Assembly: GCF_032062105.1 (NCBI RefSeq)
Contig: NW_026926657.1
Span: 186,001-250,000, forward strand
Source: Saccostrea cucullata
Lineage: Eukaryota
Reading direction: 5' to 3'
DNA length: 64,000 nt
Positions within the stretch are counted from its first letter, which is position 1. Every line of letters starts with the position of its first letter. Below are positions 40,101 through 49,981 of this stretch, one piece after another. Under the pieces are notes generated by a model. The model searched no databases. It saw nothing but the letters and a program-made list of their open reading frames with translations, and was not told the DNA's origin. The translations under genes and the position numbers were made by a program.

Positions 40101-43100
40101 TAGTTTTTGGATTGAATACTGTAAAATCACATATTTTTGTGGGGGCAAATTTCTGAGGTTTGGGAATAAAATTATTGATATTTGGGGATTTGACTTCATG
40201 ATTGGAGAAGTGTTGAGTAATTATGCATATTAAATTTTATATTTTATAGTAGTAATGAATATGTTGGTCTCTCAATTCTCCATACCTGGAAAATATTAAT
40301 GAAAATTAAACTCCCACCAAAATTAGTGATTTCACAGTAGCATTGGTCACAGTGATATTTTGATCGCTCTAATTTTGTAGACATAATGTTTGCCTTCAGA
40401 GATGTGTTTTGTTCAGACTAGCTCTATACCTTTCTCTATTTCTATACTGTATAATATATTTGAAATTGAGGAATGAATTTTATTGCAGAGTCGGCATTGT
40501 ATATGACGAGGCAATGTTAAATCACAGAGATCTGGGCTATGGGTAAGGGCAGTAACTCGTAGAGTACTTCATTTTTCTATTTTCAACAAAGGTTTATGAA
40601 TTTTAAGAAAATAAAGAAAAATGATCTATAAAAACAAGTAAATTGGTTGCATTTTATATATAGATGTATTAATAATTCTAAGAAATGAAAGTAAAAATTT
40701 GATGGACATGTATTAGTTGCTATATAGTACTATATACATTAAAAAAAAAATATTTGCAAAAATGAAATTCAGTGAATACTCAGGAATCAAGGAGACCAGT
40801 AGCTTAAGTATGATAAAAACTGTACTTAAAGTTATTCCTCTTTGAAATTGAAAGGACTAAAAAACCTAGTCAGACATTCAAGTACAGATATAAGAGGGAA
40901 AAATCATCACTTTTCTGCAGGGATGACTTAAATCTATACACAGAGATTCTCACTGTAAAATGATTAACTATCAAATTCGTCACTTACGTACATGTTAATA
41001 AACAAACCTGTTTCCATTACAGAGGTTTTGAGGAGGGCCCTGAAAGAGTGGAGAGAATTGTTCAGACACTGAAAAAGAATGGGGTCTGGGACAGGTGCTA
41101 CCACATACAGGTAGGGACAGGTGCTACCACATACAGGTAGGGACAGGTGTTACCACATACAGGTAGGGACAGGTGTTACCACATACAGGTAGGGACAGGT
41201 GCTACCACATACAGGTAGGGACAGGTGTTACCACATACAGGTAGGGACAGGTGCTACCACATACAGGTAGGGACAGGTGTTACCACATACAGGAAGGGAC
41301 AGGTGTTACCACATACAGGTAGGGACAGGTGTTACCACATACAGGTAGGGACAGGTGTTACCACATACAGGTAGGGACAGGTGTTACCACATACAGGTAG
41401 GGACAGGTGCTACCACATACAGGTAGGGACAGGTGTTACCACATACAGGAAGGGACAGGTGTTACCACATACAGGAAGGGACAGGTGTTACCACATACAG
41501 GTAGGGACAGGTGTTACCACATACAGGTAGGGACAGGTGTTACCACATACAGGTAGGGACAGGTGCTACCACATACAGGTAGGGACAGGTGCTACCACAT
41601 ACAGGTAGGGACAGGTGCTACCACATACAGGAAGGGACAGGTGTTACCACATACAGGAAGGGACAGGTGTTACCACATACAGGAAGGGACAGGTGTTACC
41701 ACATACAGGTAGGGACAGGTGTTACCACATACAGGTAGGGACAGGTGTTACCACATACAGGTAGGGACAGGTGTTACCACATACAGGTAGGGACAGGTGT
41801 TACCACATACAGGTAGGGACAGGTGCTACCACATACAGGTAGGGACAGGTGCTACCACATACAGGTAGGGACAGGTGTTACCACATACAGGAAGGGACAG
41901 GTGTTACCACATACAGGAAGGGACAGGTGTTACCACATACAGGTAGGGACAGGTGTTACCACATACAGGTAGGGACAGGTGTTACCACATACAGGTAGGG
42001 ACAGGTGTTACCACATACAGGTAGGGACAGGTGTTACCACATACAGGTAGGGACAAGTGTTACCACATACAGGTAGGGACAGGTGTTACCACATACAGGT
42101 AGGGACAGGTGTTACCACATACAGGTAGGGACAGGTGTTACCACATACAGGTAGGGACAGGTGTTACCACATACAGGTAGGGACAGGTGTTACCACATAC
42201 AGGTAGGGACAGGTGTTACCACATACAGGTAGGGACAGGTGTTACCACATACAGGTAGGGACAGGTGTTACCACATACAGGTAGGGACAGGTGTTACCAC
42301 ATACAGGTAGGGACAGGTGTTACCACATACAGGTAGGGACAGGTGTTACCACATACAGGTAGGGACAGGTGTTACCACATACAGGTAGGGACAGGTGCTA
42401 CCACATACAGGTAGGGACAGGTGTTACCACATACAGGTAGGGACAGGTGTTACCACATACAGGTAGGGACAGGTGTTACCACATACAGGTAGGGACAGGT
42501 GCTACCACATACAGGTAGGGACAGGTGTTACCACATACAGGTAGGGACAGGTGTTACCACATACAGGTAGGGACAGGTGCTACCACATACAGGTAGGGAC
42601 AGGTGCTACCACATACAGGTAGGGACAGGTGCTACCACATACAGGTAGGGACAGGTGTTACCTTAATAGGTAGGGACAGGTGTTACCACATACAGGTAGG
42701 GACAGGTGTTACCACATACAGGTAGGGACAGGCGCTACCACATACAGGTAGGGACAGGTGTTACCACATACAGGTAGGGACAGGTGTTACCACATACAGG
42801 TAGGGACAGGTGTTACCACATACAGGTAGGGACAGGTGTTACCACATACAGGTAGGGACAGGTGCTACCACATACAGGTAGGGACAGGTGCTACCACATA
42901 CAGGTAGGGACAGGTGTTACCACATACAGGTAGGGACAGGTGTTACCACATACAGGTAGGGACAGGCGCTACCACATACAGGTAGGGACAGGTGCTACCA
43001 CATACAGGTAGGGACAGGTGCTACCACATACAGGTAGGGACAGGTGTTACCACATACAGGTAGGGACAGGTGCTACCACATACAGGTAGGGACAGGTGTT

Positions 43101-46100
43101 ACCACATACAGGTAGGGACAGGTGCTACCACATACAGGTAGGGACAGGTGCTACCACATACAGGTAGGGACAGGCGCTACCACATACAGGTAGGGACAGG
43201 TGTTACCACATAAGGTAGGGACAGGTGTTACCACATACAGGTAGGGACAGGTGTTACCACATAAGGTAGGAACAGGTATTACCACATAAGGTACGGAGAA
43301 GGTAGGAAGAGGTGCTACCACATACAGGTAGGGAATGTTGATCTTCAGACTGAACATTACAATGTCAGTAATAACAATCATATAAAATTCATGAATTAGG
43401 CCACGTTTTGTGGTTATTTTCATGATACCACTGATAATTCTTGCAAAGCATGGAGGTTAGTCTGAAAGATGCAAAGGAAGTGAACCACTTTGTTGTTAAA
43501 AAATTTGTATACATTTTACTGTAATAATATTTGAGAAAGTACTTTTTCTATTACAATAAAAATTCCAAAACAGGTTATGGGGTTAACTTTGTTCTTCATT
43601 CCAGGGTCGAAAAGCTTCAGATGAAGAAATTTGTCTTGGTCATGGGTATGTATGTCACAATAATAAAGCTTAAAACTTGTATATTGATGTTAAAACAGTG
43701 TACAGATTTATATGATTGTGAAGAAGACATTAAGACTTTGACTGATGTCAGTTAGACATGTCAGTGAGAAGCAAATTTAGAAAAATTGCAGAATATATCC
43801 ATCTATAATCAGTATATTTTACATTGTGATGTGTATATTTTGTAGGGAGGATCATATCCGTCGATTCAAGAAAACCATGACAATGGGAGAAGAGGCATTA
43901 AAGGTCTACCAGGAAACCTTCAAGTCCATCTTCCTATGTCAGGTGAGAGTTTTATCCAAATCTTTACCATACACATGTACATGCAATATTGTTTACTCAA
44001 CCTTGTTTACAGGGATCGACACTAACTTTGTTGTCATACCATAACATTTAAACCATAGTTTTAGCTAGCCATTTCTAATTTCTACTAGCCCTGTTCATGT
44101 ATTGGTTGTCCAGCAGCTGAAGGCCGAGTAGCGACGAGGGGGGTAGGTGCGGGAGGGGGTTTCCCCCTCCTGCTGGTGGGGGTACAGGGGGCCTCCCCCG
44201 GAAAATTTTGAAAATAGAGATGCCAAATCCTGCAATCTGGTTGTATTTTGAGTGAAAATTACCGGTATATGTCACATTGATAATTATTTTTGTTGCTCTG
44301 AGTGAGTATTTGGTAAATTTTTTAGTAGCCCTGCAGGGCAAGTTTAAAGGCATGTTGAGTAGCCCGACCTCAATATTCAGTTGTCCCGGGCCAGCGGGCT
44401 ACCGTTAGTGTCGAACCCTGGTTTACAGTTAAACAATCTGTCTTTGTTTTCAGGAAAGTTTTACCTCAGCAGCCTGGGCAGTGGGCTGTTCTTTATCTGT
44501 GATAGACTCCATATTGTCCAATCAGGTAAGACCTTACTAGATACTACTTTATCTCTGATAGACTCCATATTATCCAATCAGATTGGTTCTTAGATACTTT
44601 CTTATCTTTGATCGACTTATTATTATCCAATCAGCTAAGACCTTAGATACATTGTATTCCTTATTTGTAACACACTCCATATTGTTCAATTAGGTAACGT
44701 CTAAGATGCATATCTTAGGTGTCGTTCCAATGGACTTCATATTTGAACAACTTTGACGAAATATTTCACTAACACAGAAAGCCTTTCTTTCATGCTTATA
44801 GAATTTGAATTGTTAATTTATTGCCCATTGCCCATTAAAGCTGAGTAACCAAAGTAACCAATATTTTTGGATTCAACTGACTCTTCTGATCATACCTGTA
44901 TGTGTCTGTAATACACATATCAACAATTTAACAAAGTTTTAAAATTGTACCTTCATGTTTACAATGTATTTATTATTTCTTAACATGTATTTTATGTATT
45001 TACAGTGTCAGAGTGGTGTTGCTATAGTAAGGTGAGACACAGCAATAATATTATTGTTTTAAAACAAAGAAACAAACAATAAAGCTGCACATAGTTCTCA
45101 TTATTAGTATGATTTTTTTAAATGAAGATGTCACTATGGCATAATTTTAATTAATTTCTGAAAAAAAACATGCATGTCAGAGTATATATAAAAAGTTTTG
45201 ATAGAATATGCTAAAATTAAACTGGGATGTAAACTTTCATATGAAAGGTTCTATAGTCTCTTTGTTACTTGTATGTATTTCTTTACTTCCCCTAGGCCTC
45301 CTGGTCACCATGCTGAGAGAAACACAATGATGGGCTTCTGTCTGTTCAACAATGTAGGAATAGCTGCTAAATATGCCCAACAAAATTACAATGTACAAAG
45401 GTAAAAATACAGGGATAGCTGCTAAATATTCCCAACAAAAATACAACATACAAATGTAAAAACAACGAAACAATGTAGGATCAGCTGCTAAATATGCCCA
45501 ACAAAAGTACAACATACAAAATTAAAAACAACAATATAGGGATAGCTGCAAAATATGTCCCCCCCCCCCCAAAAAAAAATACAACATACAAAGGTAAAAA
45601 CAGCAAAACAAGGGATAGCTGCTAAATATGCCCGACACAAATACAACGTAGAAAAGTAAATCTTAAAAAAGTCTTTTCTGTATGGTTTGTTTTGTGTTAT
45701 ATTTGACTTGACAATATATCTGCATTTCAGGATCCTGATTGTAGACTGGGATATCCATCATGGAAACGCAATTCAGAGCCTCTTTGAAAATGATCCAAGG
45801 TCAGTCAGTCTTAAATTTATGGAACAAAATTCTGTTGTTTAGAAACAAATTGCTACATAAGTAATTACTGCTTTTCTAAGGTCAGGCATTTTATAGCTCA
45901 TAATATTAAAATATTTAGTAATGCTTGTAATGTTTTATTGCAGTGTACTATTTATTTCACTACATCGTTTTGACAATGGATCATATTACCCTTACGGAGG
46001 GAAGGGTTACCACAAACAGACGGGGGGTCCACAGGCCCAGGGACACACAGTCAACATTGCCTGGAATGATGTAAGTGTCCAACTTCTATACTGACCACAT

Positions 46101-48205
46101 ATAATGAATGATGCTTGTTGTAACACTCTGAATTCAAGTTCAGAAAGAAAATCATTCATTTTAAAATACATGTTTATTATTATGCAGTTGGTCAACAAAA
46201 AATAATTTTCATTAGGAGTTAAGTAGAGGATATGTCAATAAGTTTATGTAGATGTACCTGATGTTTTTTGATGAGTACTTACTCTTTGTCAGGGATCAAA
46301 AGGAGATGCAGATTACATCGCAGCCTTCCACCATCTGGTGCTGCCCCTAGCTTATGAGGTTAGTCATCCCCTGGTTTAATGTCACTTTTATGGTTACACA
46401 CATTTTCCCATGATTACTGGGCAGATAGGGCATTTAGAGTAGCTCTGAAAGAGAATTAATCCTTAGGATGATCAGTGTGTGTCCTTCTGAATCTGAGCAG
46501 TGTGTCCTTTTCTTGTTTCAGTTTGCCCCAGACTTGGTGTTGGTGGCAGCAGGTTTTGATGCTGAGAAGTCAGATCCTCTGGTAAGTGACAAATGGAGGC
46601 TGAATTTGTTCCAAAGACAATCAGAAGTAGAATACTTAGAATGTTTATTGATTCCTATGCATTTTTAAGGTGTAAAACAAAATACACTGTATATAAAACT
46701 TATGCTCTGATGCAACGTTTAAAAATATCAATCTACGTTGTACGTAGAATTTGAATTATTAATTATATTTTCTATTTTTAGGGTGGTTACCGACTGTCTC
46801 CAGCCGTGTTTGGTCACATGACCAGGATGTTGATGGGATTGGCTGATGGGAAGATTGCTCTTATTTTAGAGGTGGGTATCAAATGTGTCTACTTTTCTTG
46901 CTTTAATTTGTACATATATTGGACAAAAATTTACATTTACTACCAATAACAGGCACGTATGAAGAGTTAACAAGCTAATGAATTCCCATGCTGCAAATCC
47001 AACTGCTATGCAAATATTTTATTTGCAAATCAAAATCAGTGAAAAAAACCTTCCGTAACAAGTAATTGAAAAGTTTTTTCCCCCATAAATTTAAAGTCTT
47101 TTACTTTTGTTGTATATTCCTGTAAGTATTTCAAAAACTCTATATTGACAGGGAGGTTACAGTTTGGAGGGAACTTCTCAGGCTATGAGTCTGTGTATAG
47201 CCTCATTACTAGGAGACTCCTTACCAAACATTCACAATGCAGTGCCCAGTAAAAGGTAAGGCTATGAAAACATGGGTTAAAGATAGAAAAACCAGAAAGT
47301 GATTTCCTTCAACAAATTAATTCCGATAACAGCTATTTTCAGTGAATGAATTAAAATGATGTGTAAAAAGAAAAGAATTATTCTTATATCAAAATGCATT
47401 TTTGTAGTACATTTTTAAAATTTCTAAACATTTAGATCTTTACTTTTTCTTTTACAGTGGTGTAGAAGCTATTCGTAAAACAATGGAAGTTCAAGAAGAA
47501 TTCTGGAAGACAATTTTATACAGAGGTATGAATAGTCTAGGATGAATTACAAATTGCCTCTCCGAGTAAAACCTGCTATTCTGAAGTATAAAACAAAAGA
47601 AAATATCATCCCAGCTCTCAACCCACCTCTTCTTTCAATTTTAACAAACAACCAATTAATTTTCCAAATAAAAGCAAAGTATATTGAGATCATTAAATCT
47701 AATGTAAAGGTTAACCTGTACTATGTTAATAATGGTCAAACATAATGACCTGCAGTATCTTTAAAAATCACACCATCACTCTAATACATGTAATGATCTT
47801 TCATCTTCACATGTGAAAAATACAAACGCAAATCACTGCAAGTCATTCTGAACTCAATTCAAACCAATAGGATCCATTCATTTTCAATATTTTATTATTT
47901 AAATCCACAGGATGACATTGCAAATTAATTCAACACAGATGAAGTTTTTAAACTATTGCATGAGTGTTTGCCGTGTATAAAGTCAATTCCTGTGTATATG
48001 TCAGTCTTCAAAGCATTAACACAGATAAAAAATTAAGCTCTACTTTCACCATGAAAATCTTTGCCTTAAATTCATGTATTTGAGTAAAATCAAGAAAGAA
48101 ATTTTATTTTTGGTGATGAAATTTTTTATTTCAGTTGATCTTCCAACTCAGCAGCAGCTAGAAGTGATCAAAACTGAGAAAGAAAAGAAGAAAACCAGCA
48201 CATAA
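24268..48205 (+). CDS. HDAC6: Class IIb histone deacetylase (HDAC6/HDAC10-like), 29 coding exons, 818 aa, two deacetylase domains, no ZnF-UBP; HDAC6 vs HDAC10 orthology unresolved
   Basis: Hand-spliced GT-AG exons, all phase-compatible: 24268-24305, 24829-24970, 25836-25973, 26552-26623, 29998-30023, 30453-30557, 30839-30907, 31216-31342, 31454-31519, 32587-32646, 34041-34130, 35663-35769, 36414-36539, 36639-36791, 40489-40542, 41023-41110, 43605-43645, 43846-43942, 44454-44525, 45006-45031, 45296-45400, 45731-45799, 45944-46070, 46293-46358, 46522-46581, 46782-46871, 47152-47255, 47458-47525, 48135-48205 (total 2457 nt, ending TAA). Motifs occur twice: RPPGHHA, DWD(V/I)HHG, SAGYD/AAGFD, LEGGY. 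Confidence 0.92.
24275..24402 (+). repeat. About 40-bp x3 tandem duplication of exon-1 end plus splice donor
   Basis: ctgtgtcag(agg)aagt.actccctataacAG|GTaaagg unit; donors after 24305, 24345 and 24384. Confidence 0.9.
24829..36539 (+). CDS. HDAC deacetylase domain 1 (exons 2-13)
   Basis: [23 protein letters not shown]; [27 protein letters not shown]; [12 protein letters not shown]; VLYFSIH; [21 protein letters not shown]; LVLEGGY. Confidence 0.92.
24926..25375 (+). repeat. 56-bp x8 minisatellite made of exon-2 end plus splice donor
   Basis: Unit aggtgtaaacactatggactgctggacaggtgtactagagtacAG|GTaaatcacac; donors after 24970, 25026, 25082, 25138, 25194, 25250, 25306 and 25362. Confidence 0.97.
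25491..25707. mobile_element. TA-flanked MITE (Tc1/mariner-type)
   Basis: ta|CTGTAAATTCCT ... AGGAATCTACAG|ta. Confidence 0.7.
26696..29297. mobile_element. 2.6-kb non-autonomous TIR element, 6-bp TSD
   Basis: TATGAA|CATACTTGCCAAC ... GTTGGCAACTATG|TATGAA; subterminal AAATCGGG/AAATCTGG repeats. Confidence 0.85.
27068..27948. mobile_element. 0.88-kb non-autonomous TIR element, 7-bp TSD
   Basis: CATAAGT|CATACATGTTAAC ... GTTAACATGTATG|CATAAGT; subterminal AAAAGCGGTAG repeats. Confidence 0.85.
29686..29850. repeat. About 160-bp imperfect palindrome (hairpin end of a fold-back element)
   Basis: atatcatttt..gtttca.tgg.atatgacatgaagtcggt.acatgatca ... tgatcatgtgaccgactttatgtcatactccaatgaaac..aaaatgatat. 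Confidence 0.75.
31763..32546. mobile_element. TA-flanked MITE (Tc1/mariner-type)
   Basis: ta|CTGTAAAAGTGGTTATTTACGC ... GCGTAAATAACCACTTTTACAG|ta, perfect 22-bp TIR. Confidence 0.9.
32763..33848 (+). mobile_element. HINE-like element with six ~160-bp tandem repeats
   Basis: tttatgccccc 5' box, (gtcg/gtct)n microsatellite, monomers starting ~32850, 33011, 33172, 33330, 33490 and 33651, then gggggcataag..hairpin..cttgtt end. Confidence 0.85.
34434..35517. mobile_element. pogo/Tigger-like MITE with nested insertion
   Basis: ta|CAGTAAAACTCG ... TGAGTTTTACTG|ta. Confidence 0.85.
34567..35160. mobile_element. CAGGG-terminated MITE, 5-bp TSD (hAT-like)
   Basis: TTCAA|CAGGGTTTTAAACTAAC ... GTTAATTTCAAACCCTG|TTCAA. 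Confidence 0.85.
35951..36180. mobile_element. Degenerate TA-flanked MITE
   Basis: ta|CTGTGTA..AATTTTTAGC ... GCTAAAATT..TATACAG|ta. Confidence 0.55.
36947..39485 (+). mobile_element. HINE/CvA-like element carrying ~167-bp satellite monomers (Cg170-like)
   Basis: ttttagctcacctgagc 5' box, (gtc/gtt)n microsatellite, tandem aaaatcttcttctcaagaaccactgggcca monomers, caggtgagcgatgtggcccttgggcctcttgtt 3' box. Confidence 0.9.
37375..38580. mobile_element. Tc1/mariner-type MITE nested in satellite monomer
   Basis: ta|CAGTGGCTGGAACGTTATTGTTGACAA ... TTGTCAACAATAACCTTCCAGCCACTG|ta. Confidence 0.9.
40119..40337. mobile_element. TA-flanked MITE
   Basis: ta|CTGTAAAATCAC ... GTGATTTCACAG|ta. Confidence 0.65.
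40489..47525 (+). CDS. HDAC deacetylase domain 2 (exons 15-28)
   Basis: [23 protein letters not shown]; [24 protein letters not shown]; [12 protein letters not shown]; VLFISLH; [22 protein letters not shown]; LILEGGY. Confidence 0.92.
41088..43333 (+). repeat. 26-bp x~86 minisatellite made of exon-16 end plus splice donor
   Basis: Unit gggacaggtg(c/t)taccacatacAG|GTa, about 2.25 kb, degenerating at the 3' end. Confidence 0.98.
44010..44420. mobile_element. CAGGG-terminated MITE, 5-bp TSD (hAT-like)
   Basis: GTTTA|CAGGGATCGACACTAAC ... GTTAGTGTCGAACCCTG|GTTTA; GC-rich internal hairpin. Confidence 0.85.
44492..44705 (+). repeat. Degenerate ~55-bp x4 duplication of exon-19 end plus donor
   Basis: ttatctgtgatagactccatattgtccaatcAG|GTaagacctt recurs with increasing divergence. 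Confidence 0.85.
45348..45660 (+). repeat. Degenerate ~55-70-bp x5 duplication of exon-21 end plus donor
   Basis: gatagctgctaaatatgcccaacaaaa.tacaa..tacaaAG|GTaaaaa recurs five times. Confidence 0.88.
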
Positions 48206-49279
48206 CAGTAGGGGGAGGGAATAGGAGAGAACAAAAACCTTACCTTCCTTATCAAAAATTATAGTCTTTTAATCTTTGCATTGCCTTAATATTATACTGA
48301 CAGGGGACTGTACAGTATATTTGTGTGTCACTGTGTTATAGATGTATAGAAAATACTGCAGGTTGAAAAAATTATGAGATTGGTTTTATTACTTGCATTT
48401 TGTAAAACATTCTTGCCATTCATGGGTGGGCACTATTAATGTATTTTTTTAATCATTAGTTTTCATTATCTAAGAGTAGTATCAATGAAATATCAGATGA
48501 ACTGTAGGTAGCATAATGACAGTGCGGTATTATCTGACACTAAAAAGTCAGGTTACGAGTCAATTATTTTTAAATAGGAGGCAGTTTACAAAATTATTTT
48601 ATTACTTGCCTGTAAAGCATGTTTTACATAGTTGAAAAGAGCATGTATCTTTCTGGTTGTTTTTCATCATCTGGAAACCTTCTTTGAACAGAATTTGATT
48701 GCAAAATTGAATCAATGGAAGATGTACACATACACTTTTAGAACTTCCAGTAAGACATGCGTTTAGTATAATTAATCGCCAGGGAGATTAGTGAATTGTA
48801 CAGGTGTCAGATTGATTTTTTCACTAAACCTGATATGCTCAATATATTGACTCTAAGATGGTTCTACTTTACACTTTATTAATATTTATGTGAAATTTTT
48901 AAAATTAATAAGGATTTGAAAAAAAAAATTTTTAGAAGGGCAGTCAGTTCAGTACATTTGATAGTGACTGGTTCAGATCAATAAGTTTAATAATTACCTA
49001 TACTGTAGTATTTACCTGTGCTTTTTATTTCATGACATGACGTGTATGCAATTCTCAAGTATTCCATTTATCAACAAGCTTCTACCTCTTGTTTTATAAA
49101 TTATGCAAATTATTTATTCATTAATATTTTTTTAACTCTATGTAAATTGTGAGTTTTTGGTAATATTTAAGATTACTGTATTTAATTTCAATGGCATGCA
49201 GAAACACCATATAACACTCTACAATTTATAGAATTTTTTTTTTTTTTCATTCAAAATATTTTTGTTGCCATTGTGATTA

Positions 49280-49830
49280 AAGATTCAGGGTAGATAGTTT
49301 TTGATCTCTCTGTCTGTCCCCCAAAACTTTAATTTTTGAACTGATGATTTCTGGGCTGTCATATTCACAGTTGTTTTCATTGTGCCAAGACGTTTGGTAC
49401 AAACATTTTTGTGACCTTGACCTTGGAGTTTAGATTTCATTTGGCTTGGTAATAACTTGAGTGATGAATGCTGCGGCTCTCACATTTTTTTTTGTGTTGT
49501 GACTTAGCCTTTGAGCACCGATATTTTGCCCTTATGACCCTAGGGTTTGAGCTACAAAAAAAAAACCTTGTCAAAAACTTTTAAGTGTTGTTGCTCCTGT
49601 GTTTCATTATCAAAAGACCTTTCTTTGAGTATCATCATTTAAGAGCACATGACCTTGACCTGCAGTTTCAGTTACTTTTGAAAAATTTTTTAAATTTTTA
49701 TCATAATTTATGCAGTAAGACCTTTCCTTTTGTTTCAAAATAGTTTTACCACTTGACGTAGAAGTTGGATATATTATTGAAAAATCTACCTTATACGGGG
49801 CTTCAGTGCATCACAAAGACATCTTGTTTT
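49280..49830 (+). mobile_element. Degenerate HINE-like element
   Basis: tgtctgtc microsatellite, tgaccttgacctt-containing monomers, cacaaagacatcttgtt end as in 63561-63998. Confidence 0.55.
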
Positions 49831-49981
49831 TTTCTCTGACTTTTAAAGCAGGAAATGTACATTGTGTGAAGAGCCTTACTTTAGTGCTTAAAATCTGTCT
49901 TTGCAGTGGAAAAGAGTGGATGCATTTCTTTAACACGTTGAAAGCAGATGGTTTCTTTGTATCAAATCAATCTTTCCGATA

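Noticed and set aside
41088-43333. CRISPR array
   Set aside because: Contiguous repeats with no unique spacers, no cas genes, and a eukaryotic intron context; the unit derives from the adjacent exon.
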